Below are positions 1 through 8,894 of a stretch of DNA of 39,411 nucleotides, piece by piece. Source of the stretch: a virus (lineage: Duplodnaviria; Caudoviricetes); IMG/VR virus record IMGVR_UViG_3300027994_000010, positions 1 through 39,411 of that record; one strand, given 5' to 3'. Position 1 is the first letter of the stretch. Each line of letters opens with the position of its first letter. Both the position numbers and the translations under genes were made by a program. Under the pieces are notes generated by a model. It did not search any database. It worked only from the letters and a program-made list of their open reading frames with translations, and was not told where the DNA came from.

Positions 1-1476
1 GCTTGTGGTGTTACTCAATGGCTGTCCGCTCAATGTCACCGCTTTCGTCGGAAAAGTTGAAGGCGTGAATGCCGTCCACGTTCCCGTTTGCGTAATGCTT
101 CCGCTATTTGCAGGAATAGCGGTTTCAGCGAACATACTTGCAAATAATGCATTGTAACCATTTTCAATCTTTGCAAGTTCTCTCGCATCGGCACCGCCTC
201 GTATGTGGTCGTTGAACCCCAACATAATTATTGTTTTCAACTTGTTTTTAACCGTACTGTTGAAAGCACCAGTTGTATTTACGTTATTAAAGCCCTTCAA
301 TATTCCACCGCCCGCAAAACCTAAATTCAATTGTTCCACACCCATCCTGTCAGAAGATAAACGCGACCAACCGTAAGCGGATGATGTTGCGCCTGTTCCA
401 ACCGTGTAACTATCTCCCAGATACCTAACGATTGCGCCTGAATTTACCTTGAATAGTCTTGAAGAAGATGATATAGCTAAATCCAACTCATTGATTGCAT
501 CCTGTACGTTTGTGGCAGAAATATTCCCTGCCGGTGTGTTGGGTGTAGTAAGTGCTGTTTGGTCGCCAGAGTTGTTACCCGAAATGGTGCCTCCGTTTAG
601 CGTTCCCGAAACCCCTACATTTACAAAATCTCCAAGCGCGGCCTCAACATCCTGAATGTTTACTAAATTATTCGCGCCTCCATCAAGGTCGGTAGTTAGT
701 GGATTTGTAAGACCGCCGCCAGTAACCAATGACGAAATATCCAGATTTCCTTCGGTATCTGCTGTTACTTTGGTTGCCCCTACCGATGCGGATGCGACTA
801 GTGTTCCGTTTGCATCTGGTAATTGATTTGTTCTTTCGTCGGTTATATTGTCGGATTTAATAAGCGCCTGTATTCCGGTTCCAGATAAAACAATTGAGCC
901 ATCACCCCTGATTTCACCGCTAAATCCGCCACCATTTGATGCGTATATTCTTGCGCCATCTATGCCTGATGCGTTTTCTACACTAATATTTGCATTTACA
1001 CCGCCTGTATTAAATACGCCAATAACTCCAGCTTCATCTATTCCCAAGTTTGTATTTATAGCTAATTGCGATGGCGATATGGTAGCTGTATTTACACCAT
1101 CTGTAACGGTAGTGTTTGTAGGATTTGCATCGTACATCTCTTGTAACGACTGATAACCAGTAAATGAAACCCAATCACTAACCGCGGATTTCCACCACTC
1201 GAATTGATTTGTCGTGGTATTGAATATCAACTCTGAGTTCACCGCGCTTCTTGCATCAGCCTGCCCCTGTGTCAGCCTAGGCAATAACATTCCCGTCCTG
1301 ATAGTGGTAAAATCAAAATCGGAAGCAGGGGCAAGTGTTCCGAATCCCAATCGGTATGAGTATGCGCCAGTTGGGTATGGCATGATTCCTTTCCCGACAT
1401 ATATCCCATTAGGATATGATTGTGAAAATCCAAAAGATGAAATAAATAATAAGGATAATAAAATGTACTTTTTCAT
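1..1476 (-). CDS. Fibre-like protein with N-terminal signal peptide and SGNH/GDSL esterase domain (C-terminus runs off the window; absent from ORF track)
   Basis: Manual translation from ATG 1476: MKKYILLSLLFISSFGFSQ... then GMLLPRLT, a Gly/Thr/Asn-rich shaft, ISATNVQDAINEL, and SGNH blocks LGDSYT, LGFAGG, MLGFND. No stop before position 1. Confidence 0.75.
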   Translation of the reverse strand, partial: MKKYILLSLLFISSFGFSQSYPNGIYVGKGIMPYPTGAYSYRLGFGTLAPASDFDFTTIRTGMLLPRLTQGQADARSAVNSELIFNTTTNQFEWWKSAVSDWVSFTGYQSLQEMYDANPTNTTVTDGVNTATISPSQLAINTNLGIDEAGVIGVFNTGGVNANISVENASGIDGARIYASNGGGFSGEIRGDGSIVLSGTGIQALIKSDNITDERTNQLPDANGTLVASASVGATKVTADTEGNLDISSLVTGGGLTNPLTTDLDGGANNLVNIQDVEAALGDFVNVGVSGTLNGGTISGNNSGDQTALTTPNTPAGNISATNVQDAINELDLAISSSSRLFKVNSGAIVRYLGDSYTVGTGATSSAYGWSRLSSDRMGVEQLNLGFAGGGILKGFNNVNTTGAFNSTVKNKLKTIIMLGFNDHIRGGADARELAKIENGYNALFASMFAETAIPANSGSITQTGTWTAFTPSTFPTKAVTLSGQPLSNTTS

Positions 1477-1479
1477 AAA

Positions 1480-2058
1480 TTATGTTTTGTAATATGTTTC
1501 AATAGTTTCGTAGCCAATTGTTTCGTAGTTTATGGTAACCGACGTGCCGACCTGAGTTACAAGGTTTTTCTTAATCTTAACCCCTTCTATGAATACAAGC
1601 ACGGCTGTTTGTCCTGCCGATAAAGTTACGATGTTTTCAGTAGCGGCAGCTGCGGTGTCTACTTTTGGTTCGTCTGACCATGAAGAACCGCCTCCACCGG
1701 AAATAACCCACTCAAATCCATTGTACTGGTACAACTGCACGGGCTGGTTATCCACGTCAACCATCATATAGAAATCGGCATAACTGAATGATGCTGGAGG
1801 CGTTGTGTTTGGTTCACCCGTTCCAGTGTAAAGCTGTACTCCAGCCGTTGCGTTTGACAACCGCCCAAATATTTCATTGATTGCAGCCACAAGGTTTGAA
1901 TGCGCCGTAGTGGCAAGATCGTCAGGATTGCCCGTTACGTCATTCTGGCGCTCGCGTATTGCCTGCAATACAGGATTAAGCGTCGCTGCGGTAATATCGT
2001 TGTTGCCGTTGGTGTAAACCCATTGGTTTATGAATGCTATAAGCTGCGCGTCTGTCAT
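1480..2058 (-). CDS. Putative tail fibre/fibre-adaptor structural protein
   Basis: LATTAHSNLVAAINE trimeric fibre-type motif; TNGNNDITAATLN N-terminus; lies in the structural operon. Confidence 0.55.
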   Translation of the reverse strand: MTDAQLIAFINQWVYTNGNNDITAATLNPVLQAIRERQNDVTGNPDDLATTAHSNLVAAINEIFGRLSNATAGVQLYTGTGEPNTTPPASFSYADFYMMVDVDNQPVQLYQYNGFEWVISGGGGSSWSDEPKVDTAAAATENIVTLSAGQTAVLVFIEGVKIKKNLVTQVGTSVTINYETIGYETIETYYKT

Positions 2059-2702
2059 GAACCCTCGTTATTAAAATCATCGTTGAAATCATCGTTGAAA
2101 TCCCCCACGACCTCAAATATATTGTCTGCAAAAAGATTATTGAAATCCTCAATCTCGCCACCAATAGTGCCCGAACGGTAAATGAAAGGCAGCTCATCCT
2201 CAAGGCTGTCATCAAGGTTGCTCAGTTTAAGTAACGAGCCGCCTCCTGAGTTCTGTGGATCGTAAGTGTAATCTGTTGTGCTCAGTCCGTACTCGAAACC
2301 GAATATTTCAATCACACCGTCCCCGTATTGCAGTGCCGCGAAATAATCCCCGTAATCCATCTGCTTCTGTATGCACTTGGATTCCTCGGAAACCCCCAGC
2401 AACGCCGCATTTATTACATGAAGGTATTGCGGTATTCCCTGTTCTACCGTCTTTTCCGCGCTGCCGAATATAACCGACGCATTCTCATTGAGCTTGAACA
2501 TAAATCCCGTCCTGCCATCATACAGTTTGAAGAGTACGCGGTGACGGCATTCGTAGGAATCATCAATATTGGTTATTGAGGTAAGTATTGCCTTTACTTC
2601 AACGTCCGATCGGTTGACCAAAACCATCTGCTGCGCGTAACGCTTGGTGAAACTGCCGCATGACATATCAAGCCCGCTCCTTAACTTCTCACAAACGCCC
2701 AT
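2055..2702 (-). CDS. Paralog of the putative tail tube protein, with C-terminal DFNDDFNDDFNN extension
   Basis: Aligns by eye along its length with 4975..5580 (KRYAQQMVLVNRSDV vs RRYFQQAVVINRTDI; GLSTTDYTYD vs GLSTGDYTYD). Confidence 0.6.
   Translation of the reverse strand: MGVCEKLRSGLDMSCGSFTKRYAQQMVLVNRSDVEVKAILTSITNIDDSYECRHRVLFKLYDGRTGFMFKLNENASVIFGSAEKTVEQGIPQYLHVINAALLGVSEESKCIQKQMDYGDYFAALQYGDGVIEIFGFEYGLSTTDYTYDPQNSGGGSLLKLSNLDDSLEDELPFIYRSGTIGGEIEDFNNLFADNIFEVVGDFNDDFNDDFNNEGS
2074..2102. repeat. 12-bp tandem repeat (AAATCATCGTTG x2.4) encoding DFND repeats
   Basis: Seen directly in the sequence. Confidence 0.85.
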
Positions 2703-3408
2703 CTCTGTAATGATAATTGTTAGGAATTTCCTTTTTTACGATGCTGCTTTTCATTCCGTAACCTTTGGCCTTTGTCTTTTCGTCACAGTTTCCACCGCAG
2801 CCGCAGCCCTTGCATTCACGCGAATCAAAATCCGTGAATACGTCCTTGTTCTTGCAAATGAAATTCTGTATTCCCTTGAATGCTGTGTAGCCCATAGTCC
2901 TGTAATTATCTGAACGCATCTGTACTTCTTTCAAAGGAACAGGCAATGAGAATTCGTTCGTTTTTGTAACAAGTCCTGTCGGAGTGTCATTATATCCATT
3001 TATAATTACATATCTTGCATAGGAATAATAAACAAACATTTCCTTAACGCCCAAATGAGTTCGGTTCTTTCCGTTGCACGATTCATATTTACCGCCGCAT
3101 AATAGATTCTTATTGAGTTCGTAGTTTTCTGGTTCGACTGGCTCAAATGGCGGTGTGGTACAATCTGGATCAGCCTCGCATTCTGCCAACTCAACCAGAT
3201 AAACTTGATACAATGCATCGTATTCGTTAACCTCCGCGTTTGCCGTTAGTATATAATCCCAGAATCCGCAGAACAACTCCGTCATGTCGAACTTTTCAGC
3301 CTGATTGATGCCTATGCACAGCTTTGAAAGGTCGCAATGCGTGGCAACCTGACCGATGCAATCGAAGTCTGGTTGGTTAATTATTGGATTTTCGGTGTTG
3401 CAAATCAT
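2689..3408 (-). CDS. Putative head-tail adaptor/connector (DUF6712-like), Cys-rich
   Basis: Follows the portal gene; GVKEMFVYYSYARY...TPTGLVTK resembles Bacteroidota phage adaptors; 14 Cys. Confidence 0.5.
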   Translation of the reverse strand: MICNTENPIINQPDFDCIGQVATHCDLSKLCIGINQAEKFDMTELFCGFWDYILTANAEVNEYDALYQVYLVELAECEADPDCTTPPFEPVEPENYELNKNLLCGGKYESCNGKNRTHLGVKEMFVYYSYARYVIINGYNDTPTGLVTKTNEFSLPVPLKEVQMRSDNYRTMGYTAFKGIQNFICKNKDVFTDFDSRECKGCGCGGNCDEKTKAKGYGMKSSIVKKEIPNNYHYRDGRL

Positions 3409-4586
3409 GGCGTTGGGGTTTGTACCGTTACTTTCCTTACAATAGGCTCTATAATTACGGGAAAGCCTAAGTATGCCAGTGTTTCCTGTAATTTTTCGCG
3501 TTTAGGCTCTGTCTGCTCAGAATAGAACAGCTTATATTGCTCAAACGCGCCTTCCGTTGTGCCGAACATGCCATCGCTGGCATAAATCATAGGTTCCGGT
3601 ATATTGTCAGCTACGCCTAGTATGTGTCGCTTAATCCTTTTGTCGGTATTTACAAACCTATCGTCATCAAGTTGGGGCTTAAGTTGTTGTAAAAATACAA
3701 CTTTTGTCGGGTCTGCCCCTGCTTCGGCATTGAATATCTGAATATTTCCAGCATCTTCTGAGCCTAGCCATTCACCTATATCTGCATTTACATTTTTTTC
3801 CTGTTGCTCATCCAGCCCTGAGGTTACCACAATCACCTTGCCCATGAATCCCTCTCTGGTTTCCTTGTTGGTATAAAGACCCATACGGTATTCAGTATCG
3901 CAATCATTATAAACGCTATCGAAAGGTGACAACGCATATTCGAAACGAGGCGTAAGGTTCAGGTAAAAGACCTGTCCCCTGTATTTTTTAATGGCTTCAG
4001 TAAAATCCTCTAAATCTCCGCTTAATCCAGCGTCTGCTTTAATCTGAGTCTTGACTACGTTCAAATCAGGGCTGTATGGATAGAACCATTTTACCTGACT
4101 TTTCTTTTGCCCGAACTTCGCTTTATCCCGCCAATCCTTGAAGTAAATCTTACCTAAGTTTTTATCGTCGTCCTCTTTTGCTTTTCTAGGTCTGCAATAT
4201 GGAAGCACGTCAATATGTGTTTGCTTCAATAAACCGTCCTCGCCTATGCCCCATCCAACGTGAAACCAGCTACCACCCTGAGTGGATAAATCCTCGGCAC
4301 TCATATTTATGATGTCGGTGATTTTATATGCTTTCTTCTTATTTACGAACGGAAGTTCCTTGTAGGTATAAACTTTATCGGTTTCTTCATTCAAAACACC
4401 CGCGCCTGCAATGAATTTAGCGTTAAGCAATGATGCTCTGTAAGCTGTTGGTGAATTTGAAATAACTCCCTCGATCTCATATGGATAAAGATTGTTTTCA
4501 CCGTTAAGATAAATAAAGTCTGCACCCTCTTTTCCAAGCGGCATAATCCTTCTGTATATCTCAATCAAACTGGCTCTTAATCCCAT
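3405..4586 (-). CDS. Portal protein
   Basis: NGENNLYP...NSPTA...KFIAGAG N-terminal signature of Bacteroidota phage portals; 393 aa; in the head module. Confidence 0.7.
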   Translation of the reverse strand: MGLRASLIEIYRRIMPLGKEGADFIYLNGENNLYPYEIEGVISNSPTAYRASLLNAKFIAGAGVLNEETDKVYTYKELPFVNKKKAYKITDIINMSAEDLSTQGGSWFHVGWGIGEDGLLKQTHIDVLPYCRPRKAKEDDDKNLGKIYFKDWRDKAKFGQKKSQVKWFYPYSPDLNVVKTQIKADAGLSGDLEDFTEAIKKYRGQVFYLNLTPRFEYALSPFDSVYNDCDTEYRMGLYTNKETREGFMGKVIVVTSGLDEQQEKNVNADIGEWLGSEDAGNIQIFNAEAGADPTKVVFLQQLKPQLDDDRFVNTDKRIKRHILGVADNIPEPMIYASDGMFGTTEGAFEQYKLFYSEQTEPKREKLQETLAYLGFPVIIEPIVRKVTVQTPTP

Positions 4587-4975
4587 TATCTTAATTTTTC
4601 TGGCAATACATCAAACTTTTTCCTGCGTTCAGAAATCTGTTCTTCCGTTCCGTAAGTTAGGAAATTTATGGCAAAATCTTCCGTTAATCTGTTGGAATAT
4701 CTAAGGAAAGTTTTCCCGTGCGCCTCGAACCTGAATATTTCCGAACCGCGTGACTTCAATCTGAATGTGACTGGTGTCTGTTTCGGTTGTCTTGCAGCAC
4801 GAGCACTTGACTTTTCACCCCGTACGAATTTATCCCAGTCGCTGTTGAAGGTACATCCTGCACATGCTGGTTTATATCCTAACTGTTCCCTGTACAAATC
4901 AATATAAATAAGCAAAAGGCTAGGAGTATTCCTAACCTTAGTCTTGCCTTTTGATATTAATTCCTGTTTGGTCAT
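4586..4975 (-). CDS. Hypothetical virion-associated protein (129 aa, CxxC); start corrected from track
   Basis: ATG 4975 forms a TAATG overlap with the upstream stop. The track's extension to 5239 overlaps the tube gene. Confidence 0.6.
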   Translation of the reverse strand: MTKQELISKGKTKVRNTPSLLLIYIDLYREQLGYKPACAGCTFNSDWDKFVRGEKSSARAARQPKQTPVTFRLKSRGSEIFRFEAHGKTFLRYSNRLTEDFAINFLTYGTEEQISERRKKFDVLPEKLR

Positions 4976-5580
4976 TACGAACCGCTGTTTGCAAACGCGT
5001 CGTCGAAGTCCTCTGATTCCTGTCCAGGTATTTGTGATACGTAAACCAACGGAAGGTTGTTTTCCGGCGCAGTCTCCAAAGAGGAAAGCACAATCAGTGA
5101 CCCACCGCCACCGCCTTGAATGTCGTAGGTATAATCGCCCGTCGACAATCCGTTTTCCATTCCGTAAATCTCTACCGTACCGTCCTGAAACTGGAAGGCC
5201 ACAACGTATGAGCCTTTGTCCAAAGACGAAAGGACACATTTCGCTTCCTCCGATGCCCCCATCACAATCATGTTTGCATTGTGGGTGTACTGTGGATAAC
5301 CCAAGTCAGAACGTGTCTTGTCGAATGTTCCAGAGTAAGAAGAACCTGCTTCAAGTCCTGCAAACCTGTAGCCCGTCTTACCTACTTTCAATTCAAACTT
5401 AACGCCATACTCGCAGGTAGGTGTTGGGGATTCAAAGTCGGTCAACTGATATTCGACAGTGGACAAATCAATATCCGTCCTGTTGATTACAACCGCCTGT
5501 TGAAAGTATCTACGTTTTACCGTTATACATGTCTGGTCTTGCCCGTTGAGCAATTTACCGCATACTGATTCTACTGCCAT
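4975..5580 (-). CDS. Putative major tail (tube) protein
   Basis: 201 aa, directly after the capsid gene, beta-rich, Cys near the N-terminus, YGMENGL motif. Confidence 0.55.
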   Translation of the reverse strand: MAVESVCGKLLNGQDQTCITVKRRYFQQAVVINRTDIDLSTVEYQLTDFESPTPTCEYGVKFELKVGKTGYRFAGLEAGSSYSGTFDKTRSDLGYPQYTHNANMIVMGASEEAKCVLSSLDKGSYVVAFQFQDGTVEIYGMENGLSTGDYTYDIQGGGGGSLIVLSSLETAPENNLPLVYVSQIPGQESEDFDDAFANSGS

Positions 5581-5598
5581 TTTCTTTTTGTTTTAAAA

Positions 5599-6669
5599 TT
5601 AGCTACCGCCGTTTTCAGCTCCCAAGTAAACGTAGTCGTCAGTTACCAACGATGGCGCAAGGGTAAATCCTGCATCGATATAAATCTGGTTGTCGTCCTG
5701 TGAATACCAAACCCTGAATTGGTTCAGTTGGTCAATCTCTGACGTTCCAAAAAGGATATTGTCCTTGGCCGTGAGCAATGCCCTGTAAGGGAAGCCCAAA
5801 TCCAACTGGTTGATTACCCCGTCAAACTCACGTTTAACAAGTACAGGTATTCCGAACACCTTAAGGTTGTCGATTGAGAATGTTCTTGCTGCCCCGACCT
5901 TAGCCGGATCGATACAATCACAGTTGTACATTGAAAGGTCATTCTTGGTGTTGAGCCACGCAACGAAGATATTACCCATTGCTGCGGTCATTTCAAAAAC
6001 CAATTGTGAAGGGTCAAACCAAGGCGTAATTGCAGCGATATTGTAAGCCTGCTCCAAGTATGCGTAAACCTCATCGCCTGTCAACGTGCCTGCAAGGTTC
6101 TCAGGGATTTCAATCTTTGTTCCGTCTCCTGCTTCTGCCTGCGTGAAAATCCCGTTCATTGAACGCAATAACGCATAATTAGGGTCGGCATTGCTGATTG
6201 ACTTGTCACCGAAGTAAGCCTGTCTCCATTTGGCGGCCTCCATATTTTTAAGGATGATGTCGGTGATGTAGGCGATAAGCCCAGTGTCCAAATCAGCATC
6301 CCCGAATATGCGTTTGTACTGTCCGAAGAATAAAAGGAAATTTTCCTCAAAGCTGTTCCAGCATATTACAATACGGCAAGCATTTGTTCCGATGTCCCAT
6401 GTCATAGGCTCAAAAGGCAAATCCACATCACACGTAGGCAATGTACAGTTTGACGGATCCTTGTATGGGAATGATGCATAATTTGGCGCGTTTGAAATAA
6501 TCGGTATAATATTACCCTGTCTTACACCCGGAATTACCGTGTGTCCTGCAAGCGCATCACCTACCTCGAAGAATCGGGTATAGATTGCGTTCTCCAGCTT
6601 TAGTTTGTCGGCAGTTACTAGGTCGTTGACCAATTCTACCAGTTCGTCAAAATTTGTGGTTACTGCCAT
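5599..6669 (-). CDS. Major capsid protein
   Basis: 356 aa; follows protease/scaffold; AYFGD and MNGIF HK97-like motifs; strong codon bias. Confidence 0.75.
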   Translation of the reverse strand: MAVTTNFDELVELVNDLVTADKLKLENAIYTRFFEVGDALAGHTVIPGVRQGNIIPIISNAPNYASFPYKDPSNCTLPTCDVDLPFEPMTWDIGTNACRIVICWNSFEENFLLFFGQYKRIFGDADLDTGLIAYITDIILKNMEAAKWRQAYFGDKSISNADPNYALLRSMNGIFTQAEAGDGTKIEIPENLAGTLTGDEVYAYLEQAYNIAAITPWFDPSQLVFEMTAAMGNIFVAWLNTKNDLSMYNCDCIDPAKVGAARTFSIDNLKVFGIPVLVKREFDGVINQLDLGFPYRALLTAKDNILFGTSEIDQLNQFRVWYSQDDNQIYIDAGFTLAPSLVTDDYVYLGAENGGS

Positions 6670-6671
6670 TG

Positions 6672-7775
6672 TTATTGTTTATTTTGTGATTTAAAATTGT
6701 CGATTGCTTTTGCGAAACGCGAACCTTTTACGGGTGCTTTAGACGCTGTGTTTGTCGGCCTTGCCGCAGGCGGTGTGTCCACGATTTCAGATTCCAGCTT
6801 GCGGATGTTGCTGATTGTTTTCAGCAATGTTTTGTTTGTGATTGCAGTTTCGTCTACTTTTGCCTTCAATGATTCATTGGACGCTTTTAGGTCGGCAACT
6901 TCTTGCTTCAACGCCTCGATTTCGGTTGCATCGTCATTAGCAGGGTCTTCTCCGGCCGGTCTGATTTCAGTAAGCACACCAGCAGCGAAAACATAGGTTT
7001 CTCCGTTCGCCATCACTACCTCGCCCTCGGCAGGCGCACCGTCGATTGTTGCATTTGCCCCAACCTCGATTGGTTCGTCCTCTAACAGTTCATAAAAGTC
7101 AACTTTCTTCATGTCAGCGGTGTCTACCATTTTGTTTTGGATTCCTGCCGCCTTAAGCAACGCTTCCAGTCCTTTTTTGAAAAGGCTTTTTTTATTATCA
7201 CTCATTTTATCATTGTTTATGTTAATAGTATCGTCGAATCTTTTGAATGCGGCTGGTCTTAGAACCTTTTCAATCTTGGTGGCGAAACGCATTTTCTTCG
7301 CCATCTTTGTCGGTATGAACGTGTCCTGTTCCATCAGTTGCATTGCCTCGTCAAAGGTTAGTTCAGTATGGTCTGAGTAATGTTGTGCAATCCTTGTGTT
7401 GGCTTTATCAAGTTCAATCTTCTGCGCTTGTGTAATTGATTTTGCGTCAGGATAATGAGCTTTGTGAACAAACGGTTGAAGGTCTGAACTCAATTCCCTT
7501 TCGTCTCCTGCCAAGAAAATAACAGTGTATATTGAGTTCAATCTTGATTCTGCGAACGTATGGACTGGTACTTTATTGTTCTTTGCGTAACGCCTGAGCT
7601 CGTAATACATCGCGAATCCCTCGTCAACATCGCCCCCGTTACCGTTAAGCCTTACAAATAAAGGTTCTCCATTTGCTTCCGAAAGTTGGTTCTGCAAATC
7701 AAGAAGCGAAACCTTGTTAGGGGCTGCGTCCGAAACGTGCACTACATCACCGTATATCTTAATCTCGTAAGCCAA
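6672..7775 (-). CDS. ClpP-like prohead maturation protease fused to scaffold-like C-terminus
   Basis: IKIYGDV, LNGNGGDV, NSIYTVIFLAGD (Ser), FVHKA (His), RFATKI; coiled-coil C-terminal half; TTG start. Confidence 0.8.
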   Translation of the reverse strand: MAYEIKIYGDVVHVSDAAPNKVSLLDLQNQLSEANGEPLFVRLNGNGGDVDEGFAMYYELRRYAKNNKVPVHTFAESRLNSIYTVIFLAGDERELSSDLQPFVHKAHYPDAKSITQAQKIELDKANTRIAQHYSDHTELTFDEAMQLMEQDTFIPTKMAKKMRFATKIEKVLRPAAFKRFDDTININNDKMSDNKKSLFKKGLEALLKAAGIQNKMVDTADMKKVDFYELLEDEPIEVGANATIDGAPAEGEVVMANGETYVFAAGVLTEIRPAGEDPANDDATEIEALKQEVADLKASNESLKAKVDETAITNKTLLKTISNIRKLESEIVDTPPAARPTNTASKAPVKGSRFAKAIDNFKSQNKQ

Positions 7776-7787
7776 AGTATATTTTTG

Positions 7788-7818
7788 TTGTAAAAGTAAA
7801 ATAGCTTCACTATATTTG
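7788..7818 (+). promoter_or_regulatory. Bacteroidota sigma-A-type promoter for the antisense moron
   Basis: TTG (7788-7790), 20 nt, TATATTTG (7811-7818). Confidence 0.6.
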
Positions 7819-7837
7819 TTTGGATAAAATCTTCCAA

Positions 7838-8029
7838 ATGTTCTGGAGCAGAAAGCCTAAAATAGAAAACCCGTACATTACTTTGCACAGGCTTAAGATT
7901 CAAAACGATAATAGGTATTTGGATTATTTGAAGTGGTGTGCATCAGTTTGTGAAATACCGATGGATAAGTACGATTTTATAAAGGAGATTACTGAAAAGG
8001 AAAATGAATTAAACGCACTCACGAAATGA
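7838..8029 (+). CDS. Small hypothetical protein (moron gene 1)
   Basis: Downstream of a + strand promoter; ATGA overlap with the next gene; alternative TTG start at 7820. Confidence 0.55.
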   Translation: MFWSRKPKIENPYITLHRLKIQNDNRYLDYLKWCASVCEIPMDKYDFIKEITEKENELNALTK

Positions 8030-8364
8030 AAAAACTAATACTGTTTATAGCAATCGCATTTTCATCATGTGATAACAAAGACGAAGTTCCCTATGCTGTT
8101 CAGCAAGGTTCGGTCAAGATAATTTCGTACGATTTCAATTATATTGAGAACAGGAGGTATAATTTCGAGGCGACCGTAAAAAACGAAACGGATGAATTCC
8201 AATCGGGTAAAGTTAGGTTTTCTATAGCCTCAGGTAACGCAACGGTTTATACTTACATAAATAACGTATCTATTGCCCCGAATGAAACAGATAGTTTCAA
8301 TCAGCTTTCAGATGTGATGTTCGACGAGGTTCCAGAGGTTGATGGGGTTGAATTTATTAAATGA
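8026..8364 (+). CDS. Lipoprotein (moron gene 2), possibly surface-exposed
   Basis: MKKLILFIAIAFSS-C signal peptidase II pattern followed by DNKDE, which resembles the Bacteroidota lipoprotein export signal. Confidence 0.7.
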   Translation: MKKLILFIAIAFSSCDNKDEVPYAVQQGSVKIISYDFNYIENRRYNFEATVKNETDEFQSGKVRFSIASGNATVYTYINNVSIAPNETDSFNQLSDVMFDEVPEVDGVEFIK

Positions 8365-8894
8365 CTCCTGTCCTTTGGACTCTTGTTTGCCCTGTAAAAA
8401 TGAAACATATAAAGCCCTTTAATCAATCCAAGCCGTTTACCTTTCCTCAAAACATCCGAACAAAAGTAATCGTCAAAGTTTGGCGTGTTCTCCCGAAACT
8501 TTACCTGATTCCATAATGATTTCGGAAATAGCATAAACATTCCCGCTATTCTTCTCTTTAAGGTTATGTCCTCTACTTCTGCCCAATGTCCGGTTTGCAA
8601 TTGCTTGGCAATTTCGTAATGGTTCATAATATCCATGTCGTTACTGAACTCGCCCTTGTATCGTTGAATTGGACGCGCAAGTCTGTTGGTCATGCATCCT
8701 AAAAGGGAATATTTTTTGCCATACAGTTTAACTACTTCTGATATTTGCTGTCCCCATTCTGGAGTTAGGAACATTACATCCCCGTCCATCAGGCAAACCC
8801 ACGCATCATCGGGTACGCATTCAATCTGTTCGTTGATTGCCTTTCCGAAATTCTTTTCGGTTGAGTATGGGGTTATGTAGTGTATGTTGCTCAA
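8301..8894 (-). CDS. GT-A fold (GT2-like) glycosyltransferase
   Basis: NFGKAIN, WVCLMDGDVMF (DxD), IAGMFMLF, YMFHFY motifs. Confidence 0.7.
   Translation of the reverse strand: MSNIHYITPYSTEKNFGKAINEQIECVPDDAWVCLMDGDVMFLTPEWGQQISEVVKLYGKKYSLLGCMTNRLARPIQRYKGEFSNDMDIMNHYEIAKQLQTGHWAEVEDITLKRRIAGMFMLFPKSLWNQVKFRENTPNFDDYFCSDVLRKGKRLGLIKGLYMFHFYRANKSPKDRSHLINSTPSTSGTSSNITSES

Noticed and set aside
1-2702. DGR or invertase-based fibre switching
   Set aside because: No reverse transcriptase, TR/VR pair, recombinase or inverted crossover sites seen in the window.
4976-5239. N-terminal extension of ORF 4586..5239
   Set aside because: Overlaps the tube gene out of frame; TAATG coupling points to 4975 as the start.
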